Shown in pieces: positions 28,207 through 36,812 of a stretch of 64,000 nt of DNA. The position numbers and the translations under genes are program-made. Origin of the DNA: a virus; the IMG/VR virus record IMGVR_UViG_3300021197_001743, positions 56,039-120,038 of that record; one strand, given 5' to 3'. Under the pieces are notes generated by a model that saw only the letters and a program-made list of their open reading frames with translations, was not told where the DNA came from and searched no databases. Each line of letters starts with the position of its first letter. Within the stretch, counting starts at the first letter, position 1.

Positions 28207-29400
28207 ATGATATTTCAAGTCTTAGACGACAAGAAAGATTGCAGAGGCATATATACAAATGGAAATTTTATTTATGATAGAATTCCCAAATCAGCCAACA
28301 GAACTTGGGCTTACTCAGACCACATTTCAGACCGCTTCATTGAATACGGTTATTTGTGGTCCGAAGGCAAATCCATTCAAGAAATATGCCCAGAACATCT
28401 TAAATTGCGATTAACTACACACGAAAATAGAATGAAAGGGCACTTTAAATCTTTTCATACGGCAAAAATCAACTTTGAAGACATCTGCTTTTATGAGTTG
28501 GTACCAGACAAACAATTACGACACTACTTTGAAATTAAAAATGAAGTATGTGAGTGGGTTTTTGAAAATTACCCAAAACCAAGGAATTATTCTTTTCTAC
28601 ATGATTCATACATAACAATTCAGCAAATAGCGAAAAATCCAGTTAATTTAAATTTGCATAAACTATATAGCTTTGCTAAAGAAGATTTGAAAGCCAAAAG
28701 TCTTTTAAGGTGGACCAAGGAGAACCCTCGTCATACTGTGAATTATGACCTTTTCGGAAGCATCACCGGTAGAATTACTACTAAAACAGGAAGTTTTCCG
28801 ATAATGAACCTTAAGAAAGAGATAAGATCAATATTAAAACCAAACCTAGACTGCTTCCTTGAGCTTGACTTCAATGCAGCAGAAATAAGAACAATGATTT
28901 CCCTAATGGGACAACAACAACCACAGGAGGATATTCATGAGTGGAACATCAAAAACATATTTAAAGAAGATATCAGCAGAGCACAAGCAAAACAAAAATT
29001 CTTTGCATGGCTCTATAACTCGGAAAACAAAACTATCAATTCTGAACTCTATAGCAAAGACATTCTCGTCGAAAAGTTTTACAAAGAAGGGCAAATACGG
29101 ACCCCGTTTGGCAGGAGGACAGTATGCGATAGATTTCACGCCCTCAACTACCTGTTGCAATCCGCTTCCTCCGACAATTGTATGGACCGAGTCAACAAAA
29201 TTGAAAGATTCTTAAGAGACAGGAGAAGTTATGTCGCCTTTACTATACACGATTGTGTTATTATTGACCTTCATCGGGACGATCGCTCTCTTATTCCACA
29301 ATTGAAGGAGATCTTTGAGGACACTAAATTGGGACAATTCCCTTCTTCTTGCCACCTAGGTAAAGATTTTGGAAGCATGAGAGAGTTTAAATGGAACTAA
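28207..29400 (+). CDS. minimal family A DNA polymerase (polymerase domain only)
   Basis: ITGRIT; motif A ELDFNAAEIR; motif B RAQAKQKFFAWLY; RTPFGRR; ALNYLLQS; motif C TIHDC. Confidence 0.8.
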   Translation: MIFQVLDDKKDCRGIYTNGNFIYDRIPKSANRTWAYSDHISDRFIEYGYLWSEGKSIQEICPEHLKLRLTTHENRMKGHFKSFHTAKINFEDICFYELVPDKQLRHYFEIKNEVCEWVFENYPKPRNYSFLHDSYITIQQIAKNPVNLNLHKLYSFAKEDLKAKSLLRWTKENPRHTVNYDLFGSITGRITTKTGSFPIMNLKKEIRSILKPNLDCFLELDFNAAEIRTMISLMGQQQPQEDIHEWNIKNIFKEDISRAQAKQKFFAWLYNSENKTINSELYSKDILVEKFYKEGQIRTPFGRRTVCDRFHALNYLLQSASSDNCMDRVNKIERFLRDRRSYVAFTIHDCVIIDLHRDDRSLIPQLKEIFEDTKLGQFPSSCHLGKDFGSMREFKWN

Positions 29401-29609
29401 AGTATGGCGATCTAATCATCACTCTCCCAAAAGTTGAAAAAATAAAAGCAATTTTAACACAACTAACTGGAGGAATGATTGGTGTCGTCGTTGAAGCGAG
29501 CGCGGAATTTGATAAGATAAAAGTTTATGGCATCCTAATCGATGGAGAAATTTTTTATCTATTTGAAGATGAAATAGAAAAATTGGAGGACGACGATGAA
29601 GATCGGTGA
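29391..29609 (+). CDS. small SH3/KOW-like protein
   Basis: KYGDLI...IGVVVE pattern. Confidence 0.5.
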   Translation: MELKYGDLIITLPKVEKIKAILTQLTGGMIGVVVEASAEFDKIKVYGILIDGEIFYLFEDEIEKLEDDDEDR

Positions 29610-29793
29610 TTTAGTTATAACAAAGCCATGTTCTTGGTTTTATGGCTCAGAGGACAAAGCCAAAAGGATTGGGATCATATTAGAAATTTTCGAAGCACCA
29701 GCTCTTGGATATGTAGCCAACTGTTGGTTTGAGCATCTCGGCTATTTTCAAATAAACGTTGAAGGCATTGAATTATTGGAGGAAGAATGTTAA
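29596..29793 (+). CDS. small SH3/KOW-like protein
   Basis: MKIGDLV...IGIILE; GGAGG RBS. Confidence 0.55.
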   Translation: MKIGDLVITKPCSWFYGSEDKAKRIGIILEIFEAPALGYVANCWFEHLGYFQINVEGIELLEEEC

Positions 29794-30602
29794 TTATTGG
29801 TTTAGGACAAGCAGGATGTAATATCGCAAAGTTATTCGAACAACATGAACAATACCATGTTGAGTTGCTAGATGAAGGAAAAGGAATTAAAAAACAAAAA
29901 ACAGTCGAAGGTTATGATACAATTAATTATAAACCTCGCAAGAAAGGCATCAAATCGGCCACTGACGGCATTCTGTTCGTTTGTGGGAGTGGTAAGATAG
30001 CCGGAGCCACACTGCGTGTTCTAGAGGGTCTCAAGCACGTTAAAATGCAAGTTGTTTATGTTATTCCGGACCTCGAGTACTCTTCTCTCAAGGAACAGTT
30101 GAGACATCGAGTGCATTATAACGTCTTACAGCAATATGCTCGCTCTGGAATGGTCGAGGAACTAATGCTAATAGATAATAAGATATTAATTAATATAGTG
30201 GGTCATGGTACAATATATGATTATTATAAGAAAGTAAATCATTACATATATACTGCAATTCACACATTAAACTATTGCAATAATGTGAAAGCAGAATTTG
30301 GAGTCCTTCATACTCCTAGAGAAATCAGCAGGATAACAACTCTCGGCTATGGGCTACTAGAAAAAAATGAAGAAAAGTTGTTCTTTTCACTTGACAACAT
30401 AACTGAGACGAGTTATATTATAAGTATAAATGAAGATGATCTGGTTAATGATATTTCTGTTTTGCCTAATGTGAAAGCAATGGCGAAAGAGTGTAAAGAC
30501 TTAGGAAGAGAAACTTCATTTGCTATTTGGGCAACAGAAGAAGCCGAGAGTTACTACTATACCAAATATTATACACACGTTATACAACAGGAGAACGAAT
30601 GA
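29787..30602 (+). CDS. divergent tubulin/FtsZ-like protein
   Basis: N-terminal IIGLGQAGCNIA loop; later LIDN; the GGGTG signature is replaced by CGSGKIAG. Confidence 0.65.
   Translation: MLIIGLGQAGCNIAKLFEQHEQYHVELLDEGKGIKKQKTVEGYDTINYKPRKKGIKSATDGILFVCGSGKIAGATLRVLEGLKHVKMQVVYVIPDLEYSSLKEQLRHRVHYNVLQQYARSGMVEELMLIDNKILINIVGHGTIYDYYKKVNHYIYTAIHTLNYCNNVKAEFGVLHTPREISRITTLGYGLLEKNEEKLFFSLDNITETSYIISINEDDLVNDISVLPNVKAMAKECKDLGRETSFAIWATEEAESYYYTKYYTHVIQQENE
30391..30419 (+). promoter_or_regulatory. sigma70-like promoter inside the tubulin-like CDS
   Basis: TTGACA-N17-TATATT followed by ATA, same as the intergenic copies. Confidence 0.65.
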
Positions 30603-30680
30603 AATTAAATTATAAAATAAGATCCGCCTTTAAGGATTCTCGAAATAGTAAGAAATCTTCAAAAAAGATTAAGAAAATAC

Positions 30681-30709
30681 TTGACAAGATAACCTAGACA
30701 GGTTATATT
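30681..30709 (+). promoter_or_regulatory. sigma70-like promoter
   Basis: TTGACA-N17-TATATT. Confidence 0.8.
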
Positions 30710-30738
30710 ATATACATAATAAGAAAAAAGGAGAAATA

Positions 30739-30831
30739 ATGCTAACACTTATGCTAACAATTCTAATTGGCTGTGGTGAAAAGGCGGATGATACCGCTGA
30801 TTCTGCAACTATTATCGAACCAACTGAATAA
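30739..30831 (+). CDS. 30-aa lipoprotein-like micro-ORF (MLTLMLTILIGCGEKADDTADSATIIEPTE)
   Basis: Own promoter, AAGGAG RBS, hydrophobic stretch ending in LIGC; absent from the ORF track. Confidence 0.6.
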   Translation: MLTLMLTILIGCGEKADDTADSATIIEPTE

Positions 30832-30846
30832 ACTTTAAGAAAAAAC

Positions 30847-30875
30847 TTGACACGGTTTAAAAAATGTGTTATAAT
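30847..30875 (+). promoter_or_regulatory. consensus sigma70 promoter for the SSB gene
   Basis: TTGACA-N17-TATAAT with TG extension. Confidence 0.85.
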
Positions 30876-30973
30876 ATAAGTATGAGTTGATTTATACAAC
30901 TTAAAATAAACTGGGAGTAAGGTTGAAACCCTGCTCACCTTAAACAATAGCAAAAAAAATCATAGGAGATCAA

Positions 30974-31741
30974 ATGGCTATAAATATAGAAGCGATGCGT
31001 GCCAAACTTAATGCATCTAAAAACGGCAACAAAGGTCAATCAAACAGTACGAAATGGCGACCAACTCAAGGAGACCAAACCATTCGTATCCTTCCTACAG
31101 CGGACGGAGACCCCTTTAAGGAGTTCCACTTCCATTATAATGTAGGCAAAAACCCCGGGATTATGTGCCCCAAACGAAATCATGGAGAAGACTGTCCAAT
31201 TTGTGAATTTGCGTCTAAATGTTGGCGTGAAGGAGTAGAGAACGACGATAGTACGCTTAAAAATGAAGCAAAGAAGCTTTTTAGTCGTAAGCGCTATTAC
31301 TCTCCAATTATCGTTCGCGGCAAGGAAACCGAGGGTGTAAAAGTTTGGTCTTATGGGAAGACCGCGTATGAAACCTTGCTGGGTTATGTCCTCGACCCTG
31401 ACTATGGTGATATCACAGACCCTGACGTGGGCACTGATATTGTTCTCAATTATGACGTACCGGGAACTCCGGGGTCCTTCCCTAAGACCACCCTTAAACC
31501 TCGACGACGACCGAGTGTTCTTTGCGACGATGCAGTAGCAGATTGCGATACATTAATTCAATCGATCCCAGATATTGGAAGCTTATTCGATAGAAAGACA
31601 ACAGAAGATGTTCAAGCATACCTTGACGATTTTCTCTCTGGCGACTCTTCTTCGGAAAGCAGATCTACTGAAACAACTAAATATGCAAAAAACAACACTA
31701 ATGTCGATGAGGAATTTCAAAAATTCATGAATAACGATTAG
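30974..31741 (+). CDS. ssDNA-binding protein, T4 gp32-like
   Basis: IRILP...PF.E.HFHY, CP....EDCPICE zinc site, DYGDITDP..G.D, acidic C-terminus. Confidence 0.85.
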   Translation: MAINIEAMRAKLNASKNGNKGQSNSTKWRPTQGDQTIRILPTADGDPFKEFHFHYNVGKNPGIMCPKRNHGEDCPICEFASKCWREGVENDDSTLKNEAKKLFSRKRYYSPIIVRGKETEGVKVWSYGKTAYETLLGYVLDPDYGDITDPDVGTDIVLNYDVPGTPGSFPKTTLKPRRRPSVLCDDAVADCDTLIQSIPDIGSLFDRKTTEDVQAYLDDFLSGDSSSESRSTETTKYAKNNTNVDEEFQKFMNND

Positions 31742-31795
31742 TCCTCCTGTGTTAATAGACCGATAAGCCATTGCGTAAGGTCTTATGAAAGGCTC

Positions 31796-31830
31796 CCCGT
31801 CTGCCTAGAAAGACGGGATCTTTATTCTTT
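31796..31830 (+). terminator. terminator after SSB
   Basis: CCCGTCT-gcctagaa-AGACGGG followed by a T-rich tail. Confidence 0.7.
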
Positions 31831-31921
31831 ATAAAAAATTAATTTTAGGCTATTCTTATTAGCCGCCAACACCCGTTCTTATCGGGTTTAAAAATGAAAA
31901 AACAACAAGGAGTTTTTTATT

Positions 31922-33067
31922 ATGTCTATTAGACCACAGTACACTGCGAAAGTCTCACATCAGTATAAACAAGAGACCCAACACCGTAAGGTTAGATATT
32001 CGGTTGAAGAAAACCTTTTAGCATACCCAGACATTCTAAATGTATTTTTGGAGTGGAGACTAAAGCAATCGGTGAGATCTATTGCCACATTCGAAAGCGT
32101 GATGCATGAAGACTATCAATTCCCTCTTTTCGATATAAGAACAGCGGAAATCAGAGAAGATTGGGGCCAAAGAAACCCTCTTCTGGAGTCCGGCAGGCAA
32201 GCAAAAATTCTTGGTATGGCTAAGACTTTCAACATTAAATTGATTGAACCCATCAGCGTTGATTATATTGTAGACGAAGATGCTTTTATAATTAGAGATG
32301 GCGGTGGTAGAGCCCACGCAGCATTTATGAATGGTATTTATAAAATACCAGCGATTGTTAGAATCATTTCCTCAGCAGAAGAAAGTCGTGAACTGTTTGT
32401 TACACAAGATAAAAATGCTGCATCAATTTCCGGTTATGATAAATTCCTCCAGTATCTTGCTGATCCTACTAGCAATTATCACAACAAGTCTTGTGATACT
32501 TTTGCTATCTCGAGATCTTCCGGCATTTGCTTGCATCATAGCCAAAAATCTAAGAGCAATCCTTTAGTAGAAGGAATTGGAACACTACAGAGAATAATTA
32601 ACAGCTGTGGTGGCGACCAGAAAGGTACGAAATGGGGGAAGAAATCTGCTCCTAATTTAGTTAAGTCTATTGATATACTTAAAAATTGTTTTCCTAACAA
32701 TGATGAGTTTCCTGTGTCCGTCTTGTATGCTCTAACAGCTTTTGTTGAAGTTTCCAAACACAGAATTCCATCAGGTGAGAAAGGGTTAAATCGCTTGATC
32801 GATTTTGTTAATTTGGTTAAGGCTTCTTCTGCCGAACTTGAAGATATTAACAATTGGGTTCGAGTTCTGAAGTTTGACTCTTCTAATCATTATGATACTT
32901 ATGGAGCATCCGCTCTGATGAAAAAATGGAATGAAGTATTCAAGAATGCTAATAAAGGACGAAAGCCTGCAGATTTTTATTCTTTTGTTAAGTGGGATGA
33001 TTGGGAAATAGAGAGCGCTAGTAATAAGATTTTCTCGTTTGCTAGAGATCCTTCTCTTTATTCATAA
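31922..33067 (+). CDS. ParB/Srx-like N-terminal domain protein
   Basis: AAGGAG RBS; QR...IEPISV...IIRDGGGRAHAA...IPAIV matches a ParB-like fold pattern. Confidence 0.5.
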   Translation: MSIRPQYTAKVSHQYKQETQHRKVRYSVEENLLAYPDILNVFLEWRLKQSVRSIATFESVMHEDYQFPLFDIRTAEIREDWGQRNPLLESGRQAKILGMAKTFNIKLIEPISVDYIVDEDAFIIRDGGGRAHAAFMNGIYKIPAIVRIISSAEESRELFVTQDKNAASISGYDKFLQYLADPTSNYHNKSCDTFAISRSSGICLHHSQKSKSNPLVEGIGTLQRIINSCGGDQKGTKWGKKSAPNLVKSIDILKNCFPNNDEFPVSVLYALTAFVEVSKHRIPSGEKGLNRLIDFVNLVKASSAELEDINNWVRVLKFDSSNHYDTYGASALMKKWNEVFKNANKGRKPADFYSFVKWDDWEIESASNKIFSFARDPSLYS

Positions 33068-33134
33068 AATTTAAATACCGCAGGGAGGCACGGGTTTACA
33101 GGTGCCTCACGTTATAGAACCGAGTGAGCAACAA

Positions 33135-33998
33135 ATGAAGAACATAGTTGAAATATATAGCAAGTTTTGCAGAGACAAAGGAATAAAGTATCAGTTGGAC
33201 GATACTGTTTGTCCGTATGATAACACAACTCTCTTTTGCCCAGCAGGCATGCAACAGTTTAAAAAGAAGTTCAACTCGGAAGAAACGGGAACAGTCGCAA
33301 ATGTTCAATCTTGTATTAGAATGAACGACTTGGAAGAAATTGGTGATGGTACTCATTATCTTTATTTTGATATGATTGGGCTGTTCTCGTTTCGCTCTAT
33401 GTCCGTCCAGCAAGCAGTTGACTTCTGGATGGAATTCCTTGAAGATATTCTAGAGATAAAAGTCGACTACATAACAATACACCCAGACAAGCTCGAAGAG
33501 TGGAAAAGTCTTTATGATAACTACGATGTGGAGATCAGAGAAGATGAAGAGTGTAAATGGACAGACGGACAGATCGGAGGATACTGCACTGAGTTCTATA
33601 AGGATGACGTGGAGATTGGAAACATTGTCAATCCATTGGGCAATTGTATCGATGTTGGCTTCGGCTTACAAAGACTAAATATGTTTGTGAATGGAAGAAA
33701 CGAAGAGACCAAAGAAGAAATACTTGTTCTAACTTGTGAAAAGCTTTTATACTCTGGCTACTATCCAAGCAACAAGGAACAAGGGTATGTGTTCAGGAAA
33801 CTGTTGAGAGAGCTTTATAGAATTCAATCAACTTGGGATAACGAACACTATCAGAAAGAGAAAGAGCGCCAAGACAAAGTAATTAAGCGCTATAACAAAG
33901 ACAAAAATAAGGCCAAATATCAGGGTAAATCAAAAGAGTGGTGGTTCGACACCATGGGAGTTGATATTGACTTTATCGAGAGTATAGAAAATAAATAA
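33135..33998 (+). CDS. alaS: minimal alanyl-tRNA synthetase (aminoacylation and tRNA-recognition parts; no editing or C-Ala domain)
   Basis: DNTTLFCPAGMQQFK, VQSCIRMNDLEEIGDGTHYLYFDMIGLFSF, VEIGNIV, IDVGFGLQRL, PSNKEQGYVFRKLLR; ATG 33135 preferred over GTG 33102, which sits in a hairpin. Confidence 0.9.
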   Translation: MKNIVEIYSKFCRDKGIKYQLDDTVCPYDNTTLFCPAGMQQFKKKFNSEETGTVANVQSCIRMNDLEEIGDGTHYLYFDMIGLFSFRSMSVQQAVDFWMEFLEDILEIKVDYITIHPDKLEEWKSLYDNYDVEIREDEECKWTDGQIGGYCTEFYKDDVEIGNIVNPLGNCIDVGFGLQRLNMFVNGRNEETKEEILVLTCEKLLYSGYYPSNKEQGYVFRKLLRELYRIQSTWDNEHYQKEKERQDKVIKRYNKDKNKAKYQGKSKEWWFDTMGVDIDFIESIENK

Positions 33999-34007
33999 GG
34001 AGCAAGT

Positions 34008-34082
34008 ATGCATAACTACTTTTACATAGACCCAGATGATGATTATGACGATGATGACTGGGATTACGGCTACGATTTATAA
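34008..34082 (+). CDS. 24-aa acidic/aromatic micro-ORF (MHNYFYIDPDDDYDDDDWDYGYDL)
   Basis: AAGGAG RBS 5 nt before the ATG; fills the AlaRS-RecA gap; absent from the ORF track. Confidence 0.55.
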   Translation: MHNYFYIDPDDDYDDDDWDYGYDL

Positions 34083-34100
34083 ACAGTACTTAACAAGGAG

Positions 34101-35228
34101 GTGCCTTTGGGCAAAGTAATTAAAATGGCTACAAAACCGGGAAAAATAGACATCAGTGCAATGAAAAAATTCGTCAACAAAAAAGTTGGCATGGACGTTG
34201 CTCATGATCTTCGGGAAGACAATCCCACCGAAGTAAAACAATGGATCCCTACGGGATCTAGATGGCTTGACTCTATTACAGTTAGAGGAAAGTATGGCGG
34301 AATACCCGTCGGCAAGATTACTGAAATTGCAGGTTTGAGCTCTGCTGGTAAATCTTTTATGGCTGTGCAAATAGCCGCAAATGCTCAAAAAATGGGTCAA
34401 ACAGTTGTCTATTTCGACGCTGAAAGTGCTATTGACCCTGTTTTCTTAACTAATTCTGGTGTGGATATTGATGATAACTTTCTTTATGTGCAAGCGGTAT
34501 CAGTTGAGAAGACGTTAGAGACCATTGAGGACCTTTTGTCTGAATACTCAGAGACGCAATTCTTGTTTATTTGGGATAGTATTGCTGCTACCTCATCTGA
34601 GAAGGAAATAGAATCTGATTTCAATCCCCAATCCACAATGGCAGTTAAGCCTCGCATTTTCGCAAAGGCTTTTCCTAAACTAACAATCCCTCTCGCTAAT
34701 CAACAGTGTACTCTTGTGTTGATTAACCAGTTGAAAACCAATATCACAAGCAACATTGCAGAGAAATTTACGACACCTTACGTCGCCCCCGGCGGAAAGG
34801 CAATAGAATATTTTTGTTCAATGCGTGTTTGGCTAACGAAACGTAAAGCAAAGGCAGCATATGTTACTGATGATACTGGATTGAGGGTAGGCTCTGAGGT
34901 GAAGGTCAAGATTGAGAAATCTAGATTTGGAACTGAAGGTCGCACTTGTGGCTTCAAGATACTTTGGGGAGACAAAGTTGGAATACAAGATGAAGAGTCT
35001 TGGTTAGAGGCCATAAGACTATCTGGCACCGATAGATATCGAGTTGGTGGTGGTTGGTACTACCTCACTGACTCAAAAGGCAAGGAGCATAAGTTCCGAG
35101 CCTCTGAGTGGGTCTCAAAGCTCACTGATAAAAAGTTTCGTTCGTTAGTGTTCGAAATAATGGATGAAGAGATTATCAAAAAGTTTGATACTGAGGGTAA
35201 AAACTTCTCTATTGAAGATGATAAATAA
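34101..35228 (+). CDS. recA: RecA/UvsX recombinase
   Basis: WIPTGS..LD, GGIPVGKITEIAGLSSAGKS, FDAESAID, WDSIAA, INQL, PGGKAIEY; exact start (34101/34107/34125) uncertain. Confidence 0.93.
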   Translation: MPLGKVIKMATKPGKIDISAMKKFVNKKVGMDVAHDLREDNPTEVKQWIPTGSRWLDSITVRGKYGGIPVGKITEIAGLSSAGKSFMAVQIAANAQKMGQTVVYFDAESAIDPVFLTNSGVDIDDNFLYVQAVSVEKTLETIEDLLSEYSETQFLFIWDSIAATSSEKEIESDFNPQSTMAVKPRIFAKAFPKLTIPLANQQCTLVLINQLKTNITSNIAEKFTTPYVAPGGKAIEYFCSMRVWLTKRKAKAAYVTDDTGLRVGSEVKVKIEKSRFGTEGRTCGFKILWGDKVGIQDEESWLEAIRLSGTDRYRVGGGWYYLTDSKGKEHKFRASEWVSKLTDKKFRSLVFEIMDEEIIKKFDTEGKNFSIEDDK

Positions 35229-35258
35229 CTAATTATTTATAACATCGTTTTTCTCCTT

Positions 35259-35300
35259 ATGCCCCTTCCTGTTTTAATATGGGAAGGGGCATTTTTATTT
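35259..35300 (+). terminator. Rho-independent terminator
   Basis: ATGCCCCTTCC...GGAAGGGGCAT followed by TTTTATTT. Confidence 0.85.
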
Positions 35301-35338
35301 AAAATTTCTAATTAGAAACAAACAATAGGACAACAAAA

Positions 35339-36115
35339 ATGCAATTAACACCCAAAGCTTTACGTAAATTAATTCTAGAAGTCTTAAATGAAGGCTGGGC
35401 AATTACCAAATCTACCCGATTACCATCACAGGCATCAGGCGCTGGGTCTTTAAAAAAGCCAACATATATGGACACTCCAGAGAAAGCCGGCAAAGCATAT
35501 GAAGCCGTAAAGAAAGGGGTAAAACTAGAAGGTTGGGATCTCTATGCACAACTGGTAGCAGAAGCTTACAAAGCAGCCCCTAAAGAAAACCCTGAGGGAC
35601 TTAAAGGATACGACATATTTAAGGATCATATTTTAAGTCTATACCCTAAAGTGTCTTCTACATATGATGTTTCGTTTGTAGACAAGCAGCCATACGACAC
35701 TGGCGAGGAAATGGGTCAAAAAGTTAAAGACACAGGCGACCTAGAAATCTCAACACAGTTTCTACAATCTGATGATGATGAAGAAAGGATGTTAAATCTT
35801 AAGAACCGTGCTGTTCATGATTATTTCGGCCATCTCAAAGCAAGGGGACACGAAAAGCAAGGGGTTAATGCTAATTTTACTCTCCTAGGAGAGATCAAGT
35901 CCTTTAATAACCAAGCTAAAATGATACCACCAGAGGGAGTTCCTTTTCTGTTCTCAATATTGGTAGGTCAAGCAGCACATTATAATTACTATGGGTATTT
36001 CCCAGAGTTTAAGGCCACTACGTTAGATGATTTTAATCCATTCCGCCTTGGCGAAGTAAAGGGTTATAAAATAACAAAAGATAATAATTTGGAAAAGACA
36101 AATGAGACTGACTGA
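35339..36115 (+). CDS. hypothetical protein with shared N-terminal leader and RAVHDYFGH motif
   Basis: MQLTPKALRKLILEVLNE leader; TCTAATTA motif at 35307. Confidence 0.65.
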   Translation: MQLTPKALRKLILEVLNEGWAITKSTRLPSQASGAGSLKKPTYMDTPEKAGKAYEAVKKGVKLEGWDLYAQLVAEAYKAAPKENPEGLKGYDIFKDHILSLYPKVSSTYDVSFVDKQPYDTGEEMGQKVKDTGDLEISTQFLQSDDDEERMLNLKNRAVHDYFGHLKARGHEKQGVNANFTLLGEIKSFNNQAKMIPPEGVPFLFSILVGQAAHYNYYGYFPEFKATTLDDFNPFRLGEVKGYKITKDNNLEKTNETD

Positions 36116-36812
36116 AGATAAATTAAAAAAAATAATTTTAGAAATACTCGAGGAAGAACAGGATGTTAAGGGGACCTACTTCACATCTTTAAATATGCTC
36201 GATGATGGTGCATTGGAAGAAGCAGAAGAATTAGAAGTAATGGTTTCAACTCCAACTGCTCCAAATGAGGAAGTAATACAGGCTTTTATGGATGGTATAG
36301 AAGAAAACCCAAGATCGGAATTCATAACCAAACTTTCTTATGATCAATTGAGAAGCAGGAAACTAGTAATAACCCTAGATAAAATGACAGGAATGGCCAC
36401 AGAACAAAATGGACATATGGGTACCGGCTGGAACAACAAGGAAGGTCATGGCGGCCGCTTAATGAACTTGATGCACTATTCTCGAGACAATCTAGGCGGA
36501 AAAACAGGTGATCACTTAGACGGCAGACTTTCCAGTGTTTATCGAAATATGGGCCTAGATAAGGTTTATAAAATAATTGATTGGGATGATGCCTACGCTC
36601 CAAAAAACTGGAACTATAGGCCGATTGATATTTTCGATCCCAAATGGTCTGCGTATGCAGATGGCTTCAGTAAAGCAAATTATCAACGTGGCAATTTGCC
36701 GAACAAAATAGTTTCAATAAATACAGAAGGCTTGACAGTAGATATCAACCCCTATGAGAAAGCCGTCCAGTATTCAAATGGGATGCCAGACATAATTTTT
36801 AGAAGATTTTAA
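36102..36812 (+). CDS. hypothetical protein with shared leader, possible GNAT-like domain
   Basis: MRLTEDKLKKIILEILEE leader; GG..DHLDG.L..VYRNMG...WDDAYAPKNWNY...PDIIF. Confidence 0.6.
   Translation: MRLTEDKLKKIILEILEEEQDVKGTYFTSLNMLDDGALEEAEELEVMVSTPTAPNEEVIQAFMDGIEENPRSEFITKLSYDQLRSRKLVITLDKMTGMATEQNGHMGTGWNNKEGHGGRLMNLMHYSRDNLGGKTGDHLDGRLSSVYRNMGLDKVYKIIDWDDAYAPKNWNYRPIDIFDPKWSAYADGFSKANYQRGNLPNKIVSINTEGLTVDINPYEKAVQYSNGMPDIIFRRF

Noticed and set aside
29787-30602. Evidence for a nucleus-forming (phiKZ-like) phage
   Set aside because: A tubulin-like gene alone is insufficient; the capsid is gp23-type and no chimallin or multisubunit RNA polymerase is recognisable here
31750-31795. Self-cleaving ribozyme after ssb
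   Set aside because: No hammerhead core (CUGAnGA/GAAA in context) or convincing twister consensus found by eye
33085-33108. Hairpin upstream of alaS as a tRNA-Ala acceptor mimic or T-box
   Set aside because: The stem has no G:U pair or NCCA-like end and no T-box consensus is visible; kept only as a generic hairpin
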